Source: Isurus oxyrinchus | Taxonomy: Eukaryota | Direction of reading: 5' to 3' | Length of the DNA: 64,000 nucleotides | Assembly (NCBI GenBank): GCA_026770705.1 | Contig: JANJGN010000012.1 | Location: 101,432,001 to 101,496,000 of the forward strand | Part shown: positions 52,294-62,144 of the stretch, in pieces | Position numbering within the stretch: position 1 is the stretch's first letter | Layout: every line of letters starts with the position of its first letter | Notes under the pieces: generated by a model | Databases searched by the model: none | The model's input: the letters and a program-made list of their open reading frames with translations, nothing else | What the model was told of the DNA's origin: nothing | Position numbers and translations under genes: made by a program

Positions 52294-53800
52294 TGTTATG
52301 ACATGGCAGATGGTAATTGCCAGGCTGACCAAACCTCAAAGGAAAACTTGATTTATATCACGACAATTTTGCAATTTGTATTTATTATGAAAAGTTTTGT
52401 GCACTGAAGTCAGAAGCAATGAGTCCACATCCACCTCTAGAGATTTTAAATATTAGATTAAACCATTTATTAACAAAAGAAAAGAAAACTTAAACACATA
52501 AGATTACATTTGCACAGTTACATTTAGTTTTATAACAGTCCCCATAGGTTTCTACTTAACTAGACTCCCAACTACACACCACTTTCAGGTAACAATCCAA
52601 ATAGGTTAAGAATTTATTAAATCTATTAATCTCTTAAACATCCAGGAATATTACCACAAACACCCACTGCTGCTATAAGGGAAGTATTTCACATCTTCTC
52701 TCTCCTATCACTCGACAATGGAACACTTAAGGCTTTTAACAAAACCTTGGTTACTGGAAGAGCAAACTTCTCCAGTGTGGCTAGATACTGTTTTTTATAG
52801 GTCTGTTTCACACAGTGCACCTTTCAAGATCTCACATGGCCACACACATACAGCTTTCCATCTTTCTTTAAATATATTTTCTCCCTTTTGATCCAATGTT
52901 TCAACCTTTCTGAGGAAGTTACTTTTGCCAGAATATAAAAATCTTTAACAAAAATAGAATTACCTGGAAAAACTCAGCAGGTCTGGCAGCATCGGCGGAG
53001 AATAAAAGAGTTGACATTTCGAGTCCTCATGACCCTTATGCTGTCATTAGGGCCAGCACTCTCGGGAAAAATAAACTTAATAACTTTGCCTTATTTATCT
53101 TGTCAGTTGTAAATATCTTATCGTGTCCCTTTGAAAATCAAACAACCTCTCAATTTATCTAAAAATGCAAATTTCATTCACACATGTATCTGCTGTGACT
53201 TCATCCTACCTTACCCATCTTCATTTCAAATGCCTGTTTTACACCTAAGCCCTCTGATAATTTAAACCTGCCCTTTGATAACTTAAACCTTGCAGTCTGA
53301 CCATTTCTAGTTTAATAAAATTAGTCACACACATAAAAACATACATACACACACACAGTTCCCATAATCTTGCTTTAAAGTATCTCACCGTAAAATTAGG
53401 GAATAAAATGACCTTTCCTTTACACTCGGCATAACGTATCTCCTGGTCTACTCTACCATACATATGCTCTAGCAACTTCCACATTTCGACACGTCTATTG
53501 CTTTCTTTAGCATTAGTTTCTCATCTTTCAGTAGACTTACTCACATTGGGGGGGGGGGGGGGGGGAGGGCGGGGGGGGTGGGGGGTGGGGTGGGGGGGGT
53601 GGTCTCTCATAGCTAAGGCTAATCTATCTTTAATCAGATCATATTTTAGCTGTCTGAATTCACATGATTCTGTAAGCTGCATTCTGCCATGGTGTACTGT
53701 TCAATAATCTCATTTTCACTCTGAACTCTAGTTTTGAATATATAATGTTCATATGTAACATTCATTCAGAGCTCAAAATGTGCATTCAATGTATTCACAA
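52294..53800 (-). mobile_element. Solo LTR inserted in Gypsy gag
   Basis: TGTTATGAC terminus like the other long LTRs; TSD TCTCA/TCTCG; gag sequence resumes on both sides. Confidence 0.7.
52947..53037 (-). mobile_element. Short Penelope pLTR 3' fragment, truncated inside the hammerhead
   Basis: Near-identical to 16138-16228. Confidence 0.85.
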
Positions 53801-54496
53801 TCTCGTCATCTTTTTTCTTTGTTCATCTGTTTGATTTTGAGTGGTATACACTTTGTAGCAGCTTTTCCCCAGCAGTGTTAAATGTATGACTATGCTTATC
53901 GGTTTAGGCTTGTTAATTAAGTCTGTTGTAATCTCATAGTTTTACCATTGTAAGTGGAAAAACTGCCAGCTTTGCTATCCATCACTTTTTAATTTGACTG
54001 GAGGTGAGGTTGGAAGATTTAATGCAGCTATTTTACTCAATCAGTAATTTATTTGCAGCCTTTGCCTGTGTTTCCTTTGTCCTTTTTCTGCAGCGCAGTG
54101 CTTTCCCTTGGTCTCATTTTTAGTAACCTTCTGCAGATTTGAACCTTTCTGTGTTCCTGGGTTCTCAATGTCTTCTCTACTTAATTTCCAGAGTTCATAA
54201 ATCTATTTTGCTTCACTTCCTGATGCCATGATTCATATGTAAGAACAGCAATCTTCTTCATAAATGGCAGTGCCTCATGGCAGAGTCACAAAACTTTGGA
54301 AAGCCAGATGTGTCAATCAGACATTTCAAAACCCAAACACCCCCCTTTTAATATCAAACACAAGATATAAACAATCACTTTGTTGGCATGAAGTACCTTC
54401 AGCAGAAATACAGGATTGCTAAACCACTTCAAGAGATACAACCTGGTGATACATTGCAGCTGAAACTACCTGGTCAATGTAGCTGGGGTAAGACCC

Positions 54497-54570
54497 TGAG
54501 TAGCTCAGTTGAGAGTGCTCTTGCTTCTGAGCTGGAATGCCCCTGGTTCAAGTCCTATGCCAGGACTTGT
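54497..54570 (+). mobile_element. tRNA-derived SINE head fragment
   Basis: A box TAGCTCAGTTG, B box GGTTCAAGTCC; no full cloverleaf. Confidence 0.55.
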
Positions 54571-54673
54571 AGGCAATGGAAGCAACATTCATGTGGCTCA
54601 AAGCAGGTTAATAATCAGCCTGAAAAACACTTCCAAAACTCTACATCATTGTCCAAGGAATTAAAGAATGTGG

Positions 54674-55473
54674 TGTCATGAAGGGGTATTAAAGTGTATA
54701 ATGTTATTGGAAGTTATTTTTAAATTGGACTTGTTGTAGGGTCTGTGTCTGTGTCTTGCTTAATTGGGTTAAAGCCAGCTAGTCTGGATACTTTGATGTA
54801 TAGTAGTTTGAGGTATTAATGAGATAAATGTAAGGCTAGAAGGTTAAAAGTACATTTGTATTTATTGAATGAATCATTCAAAAGAAGGGAGTAAAATCTT
54901 GAACCCAGCTAGGAGATACCAAGCAATGTGTTTATATTACTAATAAAATCAGCGCTATGAAAGGGGTTTTATTGTTAGAAGAGGTGGAGTTCAAAGACCT
55001 AGTGATACATTGAGAATTTACATTCAAAGGGAAGGCTAGGAAAAACAGAAAGGAGTTTTGTAATTGCAGGTCAGAAGCATTCAAGATCCAACCAGCCTGT
55101 TAACCTAGGACCATGTCTACAAAGGAACCTCAATTTGAATTCGTAAGGTCAAATGTGCTTTGCCTGGTGTCCGTTTAAAGTCTATGGATTATTCATGCCT
55201 TGGTGAAGATTTACCTGGGAGTGATTAGTTTGAGGATTTGGTTAAAACTTATTATGGTAGTAATTTGTAGACATGTGTATGTGTTTAATTAGTTGCCAAA
55301 TTAATAAATGCTTAATTTAGTTTTATATAAAAAATCTCTTGAGGCTTGGTTTTATTGCTGACTTCAGAGCTGCATCTCAAACATGCCAATTTAAAATATA
55401 GGTTATGACAGTTGTTCAAGTTTCCCTCTGGGATTTAAACAACTCAGCCTTTACCAACTGTTGTGTCATAACT
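54674..55473 (+). mobile_element. Solo LTR
   Basis: TGTCATGA...TCATAAC termini, internal AATAAA; TSD not evident. Confidence 0.65.
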
Positions 55474-55475
55474 GA

Positions 55476-55700
55476 CGATATGCAAAAACAAAAATGTGTA
55501 CTTGGAGTGCTGGAGCATGTGCATGTGTGGTGGGTTCTAGAAGACATATCAAGCAATGATAGCACTCTCTGAGAGAAGTGCCTTGAACAACAGCCTCTCA
55601 CCTAGCTACGAGCTGGAGATCTTCAGTGGAACTGATCAAAGCCTTCATATCATGTCAGTTCCACTGAAAAAAAAATACCTCCTACTATACATTAATCCTG
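55476..55700 (+). pseudogene. Exon relic of putative GREB1-family pseudogene
   Basis: ELEIFSGTDQSLHIMSVPLKKKYLLLYINP then G|GTGAGT donor; followed by an 85-bp intron with CTAAT branch point and TTTACAG acceptor. Confidence 0.6.
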
Positions 55701-56422
55701 GTGAGTTGCTGACAGTTTGGAAAATAGATGTCCTGACTGGAAATCCAGAAATGAGGGATAAAACTGTTCCTAATTGACTTTACAGGAAATATATTTATTA
55801 TACCCAATAGATTCAAGAGGGTTCCCCGCTTGCTTCAGATCCCGCTCCAGTGAAACTTAGAAAGCAGAATGATATCAGGATCCCTACGTGAAGTCACTTT
55901 TAGGGGTTTTAACCCCCTGCATGCTGCCTGAGAAAAAGCTCCCCCGTAGGGCAGAATTTTCCTGTTGGCGTGCGGGGTAGGCCCCGCATAAAATGACACG
56001 CAGTGACGTCGGGCGAGCATCCTGACGTCACCGCGTGCCATCGCGATATTTCATTTGGCGGGCATGCGATGATATCCGATCTGCGCCTGCCATTAATTAG
56101 TTGGCCATTTAAGGCCCTTGAATCACTAATCAATGCCAATTTTTCAGCACCCATGCAATCTTCAGGTTAGCGCATGGAAACAACAGCCAGGCAGGTAGGA
56201 CACATTTATATAAACCTCATCCATGGCAGGATAACAGGGCTCACTGGGCGTGAGTGTGCTCTCTCAAGTATTGCTTTTTCAAAATTATTGTAACTTGCCT
56301 GTGTGATCTGCAATACTTCAAAACACATAGCAGCTACTTTGTCTGGACTCTTAACCTTCAGGTCAGCAGTGAGGAATCTTTTTTGGCCTGCAGGTTTCAG
56401 GTAGCCTTCCCATAGCCTGGGA

Positions 56423-57615
56423 ATGGGAGTTGAACTCTCCACTGGAGACACCTCCTCTGAGGAGGAAGGGAGGGCTAGAAGGGGGAGAAGGCCAGAAGTG
56501 CACATTCAGCCTCCAGGGGAACCACTTTGGGAGGACAGGCACAAGGGGTGCAGAGACCAAGGTGGAAGGGGCCGCATAAGACGCCACTATCCTGCTGCCA
56601 GGGTATACAGGTGGCAAAACAGCTGCCTCAACATGTCTGAGGTGCAGTGCCAAAGGAGGCTCCATCTCTCAGGGGAGACAGTCAACTATATCAGTCAGAT
56701 GTCAGATGATTGGGCCTGAGATTTTCCCTAACTGTATGGGTAGACACCTCATGCCAGTGTCTCTGAAGGTCACAGCTGCTGCCAACTTCTATGCTTCTGA
56801 CCCCTTCCAGGGGTTGGTGGGTGATCTTTGTGGTGTCTCCCAATCAGTTGTCCACACTTGTGTCAAGCAGGTTACAGACGCTCTGTTCAGGTGTGCATTG
56901 ACCTTCATCCACTATCGCTGGGACCAGGCAAGCCAGACAAAGCAAGCCAGAGGCTTTGCAGCTATTGCTGGCTTCCCCGCATCCAGGGTGCAATGGACTG
57001 TACACATGTGGCCAACAAGGCACCAGCAGGTGAGCCCAGTGCCTTCGTCAACAGGAAGGGCTTCCACTCCATGAACGTGCAGATAGTGGTGATCACCGGA
57101 TGCTGATTCTACAAGTCTGTGCAAGGTACCCAGGCAGCTCCCATGACGCCTACATCCTCAGGCACTCCCGTGTGCCAGGGCTCTTCAGTTCTCCAGCCCG
57201 GCTGGATGGTTGGCTGCTGGGTGACAAGGGCTATCCCTTCAGAAGTTGGCTCATGACGCCTCTCCGCCATCCAAGAACAGAAGCTGAGCAGCGGTAAAAT
57301 AGAAGCCATGCGTCCACAAGGTCTGTAGTGGTGAGAACCATTGGTCTTCTCAAGATGCGTTTCTGATGCCTGGACTGCTCAGGGGGTGCACTCCAGCACC
57401 ACCCAGATCATGTGTTGGTGATAGTGGTAGCATGCTGCACTCTCCACAATCTTCCACTGGAAAGGGGGGATGCAGTGGACAATGAAGACATTGATCCAGT
57501 GGCTGCGGCTGCACGCGATGAGTCCAACAGTGAGTCCAAGGATGAGCACGCACAGGCAAATGCTGAGGGGGTAGATGCTGACTGCAGGGACGCAGGGACA
57601 CCCGGAAGTCTTTAA
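56423..57615 (+). pseudogene. Harbinger (HARBI1-like) DDE transposase, frameshifted
   Basis: [49 protein letters not shown]. Confidence 0.95.
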
Positions 57616-57959
57616 TCCAACGAACCTTCAGCTAGCACACCACAGATGGACCTCTAGGAGAAACCTGGGTTGTAGGCTCTATACTCGATACCCAAGTGCC
57701 AAATCTTCCAGGTTAGGAACAGTAACTGAGGGCCTTGTTAATAAAGCTGAATGTCCCACAAAGCACTCCTAACATTTTTGGAAACCAGACACCTGTAGAA
57801 GTTAAGAGGCACCCTCAGTCATGGTCACATGTCTGAATTTAATATCACAGGCAAAGAAACTTAATGAAACACAATGACAATGGTGTTCCAATTCAAAGCA
57901 AATCATAAAGACCTCATCTCAGGCCAACACAAAAACACCAGTGATAAACCAGTGGTGTG

Positions 57960-60220
57960 CCTAAGGTGTCTTATGTTTATGTTTCCGGGTGCTAAGTCTT
58001 GGTGCTGACCCATCGCTGAGACAGCCTGCTGACTCTGCTGTCCTGTTGGCCTCAATGACCTTGACGGTTGTCCTCTGGCCCTTGGAACCTGTGTTGGCCC
58101 CTCTTGGGAGGAAGTGGCCAGTTCCACAGCTGGCGTCTCCCGAGTCGTCGCAGCCTCACCAGATGCTATAGTCACTGGGAGAGGGCCGGTGGACCTGCTG
58201 CCCTCATCCAGAGCACCCTGGGAGGAGCCCACAGAGACGACAGGCAGCTGTTGCACTGACGTGAGGTCACTTCAGACCTCCTTGCTCACCGTGGATGGAT
58301 AGGCACCGATATGGGAGACTTAGTGCCCAGATCATCTCCCACACTGGCACTGGCCAGCTGAGATCAATGCTGATGTGAGGGCTTGCTGGTCAGAACGCAT
58401 CCCCAGGAAGCCATGACGGGCCTCATGGACTGGTTCTTGGACATGTGGCTCATTGCTTCAGCGAGCGTCTGCATAGACTCCTCCACCACGGAGACCAAGC
58501 CAAGCATAGTCTCATGTACCTCCACCAGATGCTCCCGCACACCCTGCGTTTGCCGCGTCATGGAAGACTCCAGAGGCACATCACCAGGCATCAGCTGAGC
58601 TTGTGCCTGGTCCCCTGTGGTCCCCCGATTGCTGTCTGTGCCAGCTCCTCCAGTGACTGTGAAGTGCCCTCACTGCTGTGTCTCGGGCTACTAGCTGATG
58701 TTCTAACTCGCACTGAGGTGCTAGTATCTGCGCTGGTGCCTACCTGGCAGAGATGGTGTGACGCTGGCGAAACCTCAGGGCCCTCAGGTGTGAGAGGGGG
58801 CCTTTGCTGCTCCTCCTCCTGGTTCTGCTCCGCTGATGCTGAAAGGAAGAACAAGGACTTTGGATTAGTTAACGTGGAGACAATGACAAAGTGCATCCCT
58901 GTCCCCAAGATCATTATGCGCTCATCCTTCCACAAGCAATGGTCAAGCCATGTTGCAAAATTAAATCACTTGACATTCAGAACTGCTATGGCTGTTGGGA
59001 GGACAATGCTGACCTCACTGCTGGGCATACATTCCTGGCTGTGGCACACCAGCCTCACCGACACCAGTGGACCTGGGTGCATGGCGCCTCTCCAGATCCA
59101 GGGCCTCCAGCTCAAACCGGCTAAGAATGGCGATCTGCGTCTGACCGCTGCCAGTCCTCACACGCTCTGCCGTGTATGAGCATTCTTCTCCTGAAAATGA
59201 GAGACGAGCGTTGATTTGTGCAAATTGCACATGGACTCTCTTCGCACATGGCCCACCCCAACCAGACTGGGACATATCAGGGCTCCAGTGCCTCCTCAAC
59301 CCACTGCTGCTAAACACTAACACAAAGGTGCTGGGCCAGTTCCCCACCCACCACCACCCAAACCCCCACTCCTCCACCCAACCCCCCCCATCCCACACCA
59401 CTCCCATCTTGGCCACATGCTGCCTTCCATAGCAAGAAGGCGCAAGCACGTGGAGTGCAGAGCACAGAAGATGGTTCGTTGCCACACCACCTTGAAGCTC
59501 CCCTCCCAGCATGTCATCACCCTGACTCGGAAATGTCCTGCAGTTCAAGCACAGCATCTATGTGCAGCACCTCCAGGTTGCCTCAAACCAGTCATGTGGG
59601 ACTCAGTGTAACACATGCTGCAGGGGGAAAACACATCACCTCATCACTCTCTCAGGCTGACCTCAGCATGGGCAATATCTGCTGGCCCACCCAGCAAAGG
59701 GCACATGCTGTCAATGATTCAATGCAGTCACTACACTCAGACTTGGGGGCGCGGGAAGGCAGCAGGGGGGAAAGTTGACCTACAGGGTTAAGTGACAACA
59801 TTGTCCCCGTCCTTCCAGACTGCAACAAATCATTGAAGCGCTTGCAACACTGGATCCAGGTGCGCCACACCATGTCGCAGGAGCTCACCACCTCCACCAC
59901 CTCCTCCCTTGCATGTTTCATCATGTGGGGGTGACTCCTCCTCCCATCCTAGGGTACCAGCACTTCCCGCTGTGCAACCAACTCTCCAAGGAGGGCAGCA
60001 AGGCAGTCATCTGAGAAACGAGAGGCACACTGCCCCCCCTCCCCCGCCCTACCCTCCTGCCTGGCCTGCCCCAATGGTCCACCCTGCAGCCTGGCCTGCC
60101 CAGATGGCCTATCCTCCGGCATGGCCTACCCCAATGGCCTACCCTCCAGCCTGGCCTGCCCAATGGCCTACTGTCTGGCCTGGTCTGCCCCAATGGCCTA
60201 CCCTCTTGCGTAATCTCCAT
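57960..60220 (-). pseudogene. Harbinger Myb/SANT-like accessory gene, 3 exons, disrupted
   Basis: RTWIQCCKRFNDLLQSGR; TTTTCAG|EK..AERVRTGSG; low-complexity C-terminal exon. Confidence 0.85.
60052..60205. repeat. ~30-bp minisatellite, 5 copies, in Myb gene N-terminus
   Basis: CCCTCCAGCCTGGCCTGCCCCAATGGCCTA-like unit. Confidence 0.9.
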
Positions 60221-60738
60221 TTCCCCTCTGCAGATCCCTTCGCCCAGCCATTGCGAGCAGCCTTTCTAAGGCTGCCAGGCCTTCCTTTATACAGGCTACC
60301 AGGTGAAGCTGAGCGTGACTGCCACTGCCCACCCGCTCCCGCTATGCACAGGTGTCGTGAAGTATGCTGGGCAGGCCCTAATTGGCGAGCAGTGATAGGG
60401 TCCGCGCCTGTCCGTGCCCGGTCCTGCTCTGTCCTCCCGCCATCCAGAAAATTCTGCCCATAGTGCTTGAGTACTCACCATGGAATTCATCATGTGACTC
60501 ATCAGGTGAGTCCTTTGTTTCTCCCCTCTCTTTCTCTCTCTGCTGTGTGGGATCCAATAAGAGGCAAGAAAATTGCAACTCCTGAAACTTCTGTAAATTA
60601 ATCTGTTATTCTAAAGATGTAAATAAAACATTGATACTCTTTAGAACAACTTGTGGCTAAGCCTACAAAGAAATATCAAGTGATCCATTTAAATCATTAA
60701 TATTTAATGACTTCATCTCCCTATCTCTCTTCATTTAG

Positions 60739-60852
60739 GACGTTTCTGTTTGGACACTGAGGGGTATATGTATTAATGTCATGCTAACCAGTGTTTTTGC
60801 TTGGAGACTTTAGTGGTTTATGCATAAATATCATGATTACCAAGTGACTGAG
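60739..60852 (+). pseudogene. Exon relic of putative GREB1-family pseudogene
   Basis: TCTCTTCATTTAG acceptor, GAG|GTGAGA donor; phase-compatible GRFCLDTEG/ICINVMLTSVFAWRL*WFMHKYHDYQVTE with one frameshift. Confidence 0.6.
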
Positions 60853-61522
60853 GTGAGAACAGTGCATTTTTTGTTAACATTGAGCTGTAAATTCTGAGCT
60901 CCGGGGTAGTGTATCTGGGGGGTACCCTAAAGGTGTGGAACCCCCACCAGTACACCCACCCTGCCCCCACCCCCCCCCCAACCCACACCATCCACCACCC
61001 CACCTCCCCAACCCATCACCAAGTTCCCAGGTAAGGACTGCAGTGTTGCACTGGGAACCTTCCAAAATGGGATATAAATAATAAACGTCTAGCTTCTGGG
61101 TAATGATTGTACTGACCTCCCCAGACCCCCAGTGGGACTAGCCCCTCCTAATACCTGCCCAACCACTGGGGAGTCTGCAATGGCTACAGCTCCTCAAAGA
61201 GTAACTTAGGTTGAGCCTATTAAATTTATAATTATACTTCCAAGAAGTGCAAGTATAAGGAACCAAGTACTCTCCCAAAAACCTCTGACTTTGGTATGGA
61301 GGCAAGCGTACTTAATCCATAGCACTGAACACATTTTTTTCATCATATGTCCAGAAAACACCAGTCAAAAAGATTAGATAGTATCCCTGACCTTGACAAC
61401 TGGAGGTCAGTGTGTTGTGATGCATCTGTAAACATCTAGAAGCTATAATTACAAATTAGCATAAGGGAGACATCACTGAGATCAGTAAGATGCTCAACAA
61501 TAAGCAAATCATATCTTTTTAG

Positions 61523-62110
61523 GTGCTATGTGATAAATTCTAAGTTCCCTGACAGAATCCCTTCCAATCTACCCATATCTTCCATTCTCTTACTTAAATC
61601 CTGAGAACAAGATTTAAACTATGCATTACTAGAGCAGAATTGGAGGGAAACATCGATAAATGATCTTCATGCCCATTCTCTGCAGAAGGTTAATTGAAGG
61701 AAAGCCAGTTTAAGTTATCTCCATCACATGTCTTCACCCATGCAAGACCTATACATTCTCCCCAACATGACAAGTACCATTTGAACTGCGGCCAGAAAGG
61801 CAAACATTCCCTTGCCCTTCTCTAACAGTCTTAGTGACTATAAGCCAGTCTTAACACCCCATTTAACATGACACCATATCTTCTGGGTCAACTGTTGATG
61901 GAGAAAAGGACTCATGAACTTGCCTAGTTCTCAGATTTGACACAAAAAGTGCATCCTTCAGGTTAGGTGCAAACCACAACAACGGCGGATATCTGAGAAG
62001 CAGAGTAACTAATGAATGGACTGCACCTAGAATTATGAAAGTATCAACATGTATGGGCAAAGGGGGAGTCAAACTGCAGGTCAAAAAACTGTCACAATGA
62101 ACAAATCCCT
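61523..62110 (+). pseudogene. Exon relic, second TAGT-like repeat
   Basis: TCTTTTTAG acceptor; YKPVLTP..*HH, VDGEK..CLVL, MGKGGVKLQVKKLS; echoes exon 13624-13919 and recalled GREB1 KSPTFTPTTGRHEH..GVGAAHFLIKELS. Confidence 0.5.
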
Positions 62111-62144
62111 GACTTCGCCTCTGAATTAACTGATCTCAGTCATT

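Larger units (their letters stand above)
42983..54373 (-). mobile_element. Complete degenerate Gypsy provirus with two short LTRs and nested insertions
   Basis: LTRs 42983-43166 and 54229-54373; perfect 5-bp TSD ATCAC; PBS-like TGGCATCAGGAAG; PPT; protease IDTGASCN (~51950); RT IVDD; integrase. Confidence 0.9.
55949..60459. mobile_element. Full-length degenerate PIF/Harbinger transposon
   Basis: Perfect 13-bp TIR GGGCAGAATTTTC / GAAAATTCTGCCC; TSD GTA/ATA; convergent transposase and Myb genes. Confidence 0.95.
55786..60505 (+). pseudogene. Exon relic split by Harbinger insertion (55786-55948 + 60463-60505)
   Basis: In frame after splicing: GNIFIIPNRFKRVPRLLQIPLQ*NLESRMISGSLREVTFRGFNPLHAA*EKAP / VLEYSPWNSSCDSS, then CAG|GTGAGT; both stops are TGA. 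Confidence 0.6.

Noticed and set aside
56423-57615. Domesticated HARBI1 host gene
   Set aside because: Frameshifted, enclosed by TIRs and a TSD, and paired with a transposon Myb gene.
58445-60463. 244-aa and 184-aa + strand ORFs (one proline-rich)
   Set aside because: Antisense to the Harbinger Myb gene; open because of GC content and the minisatellite.
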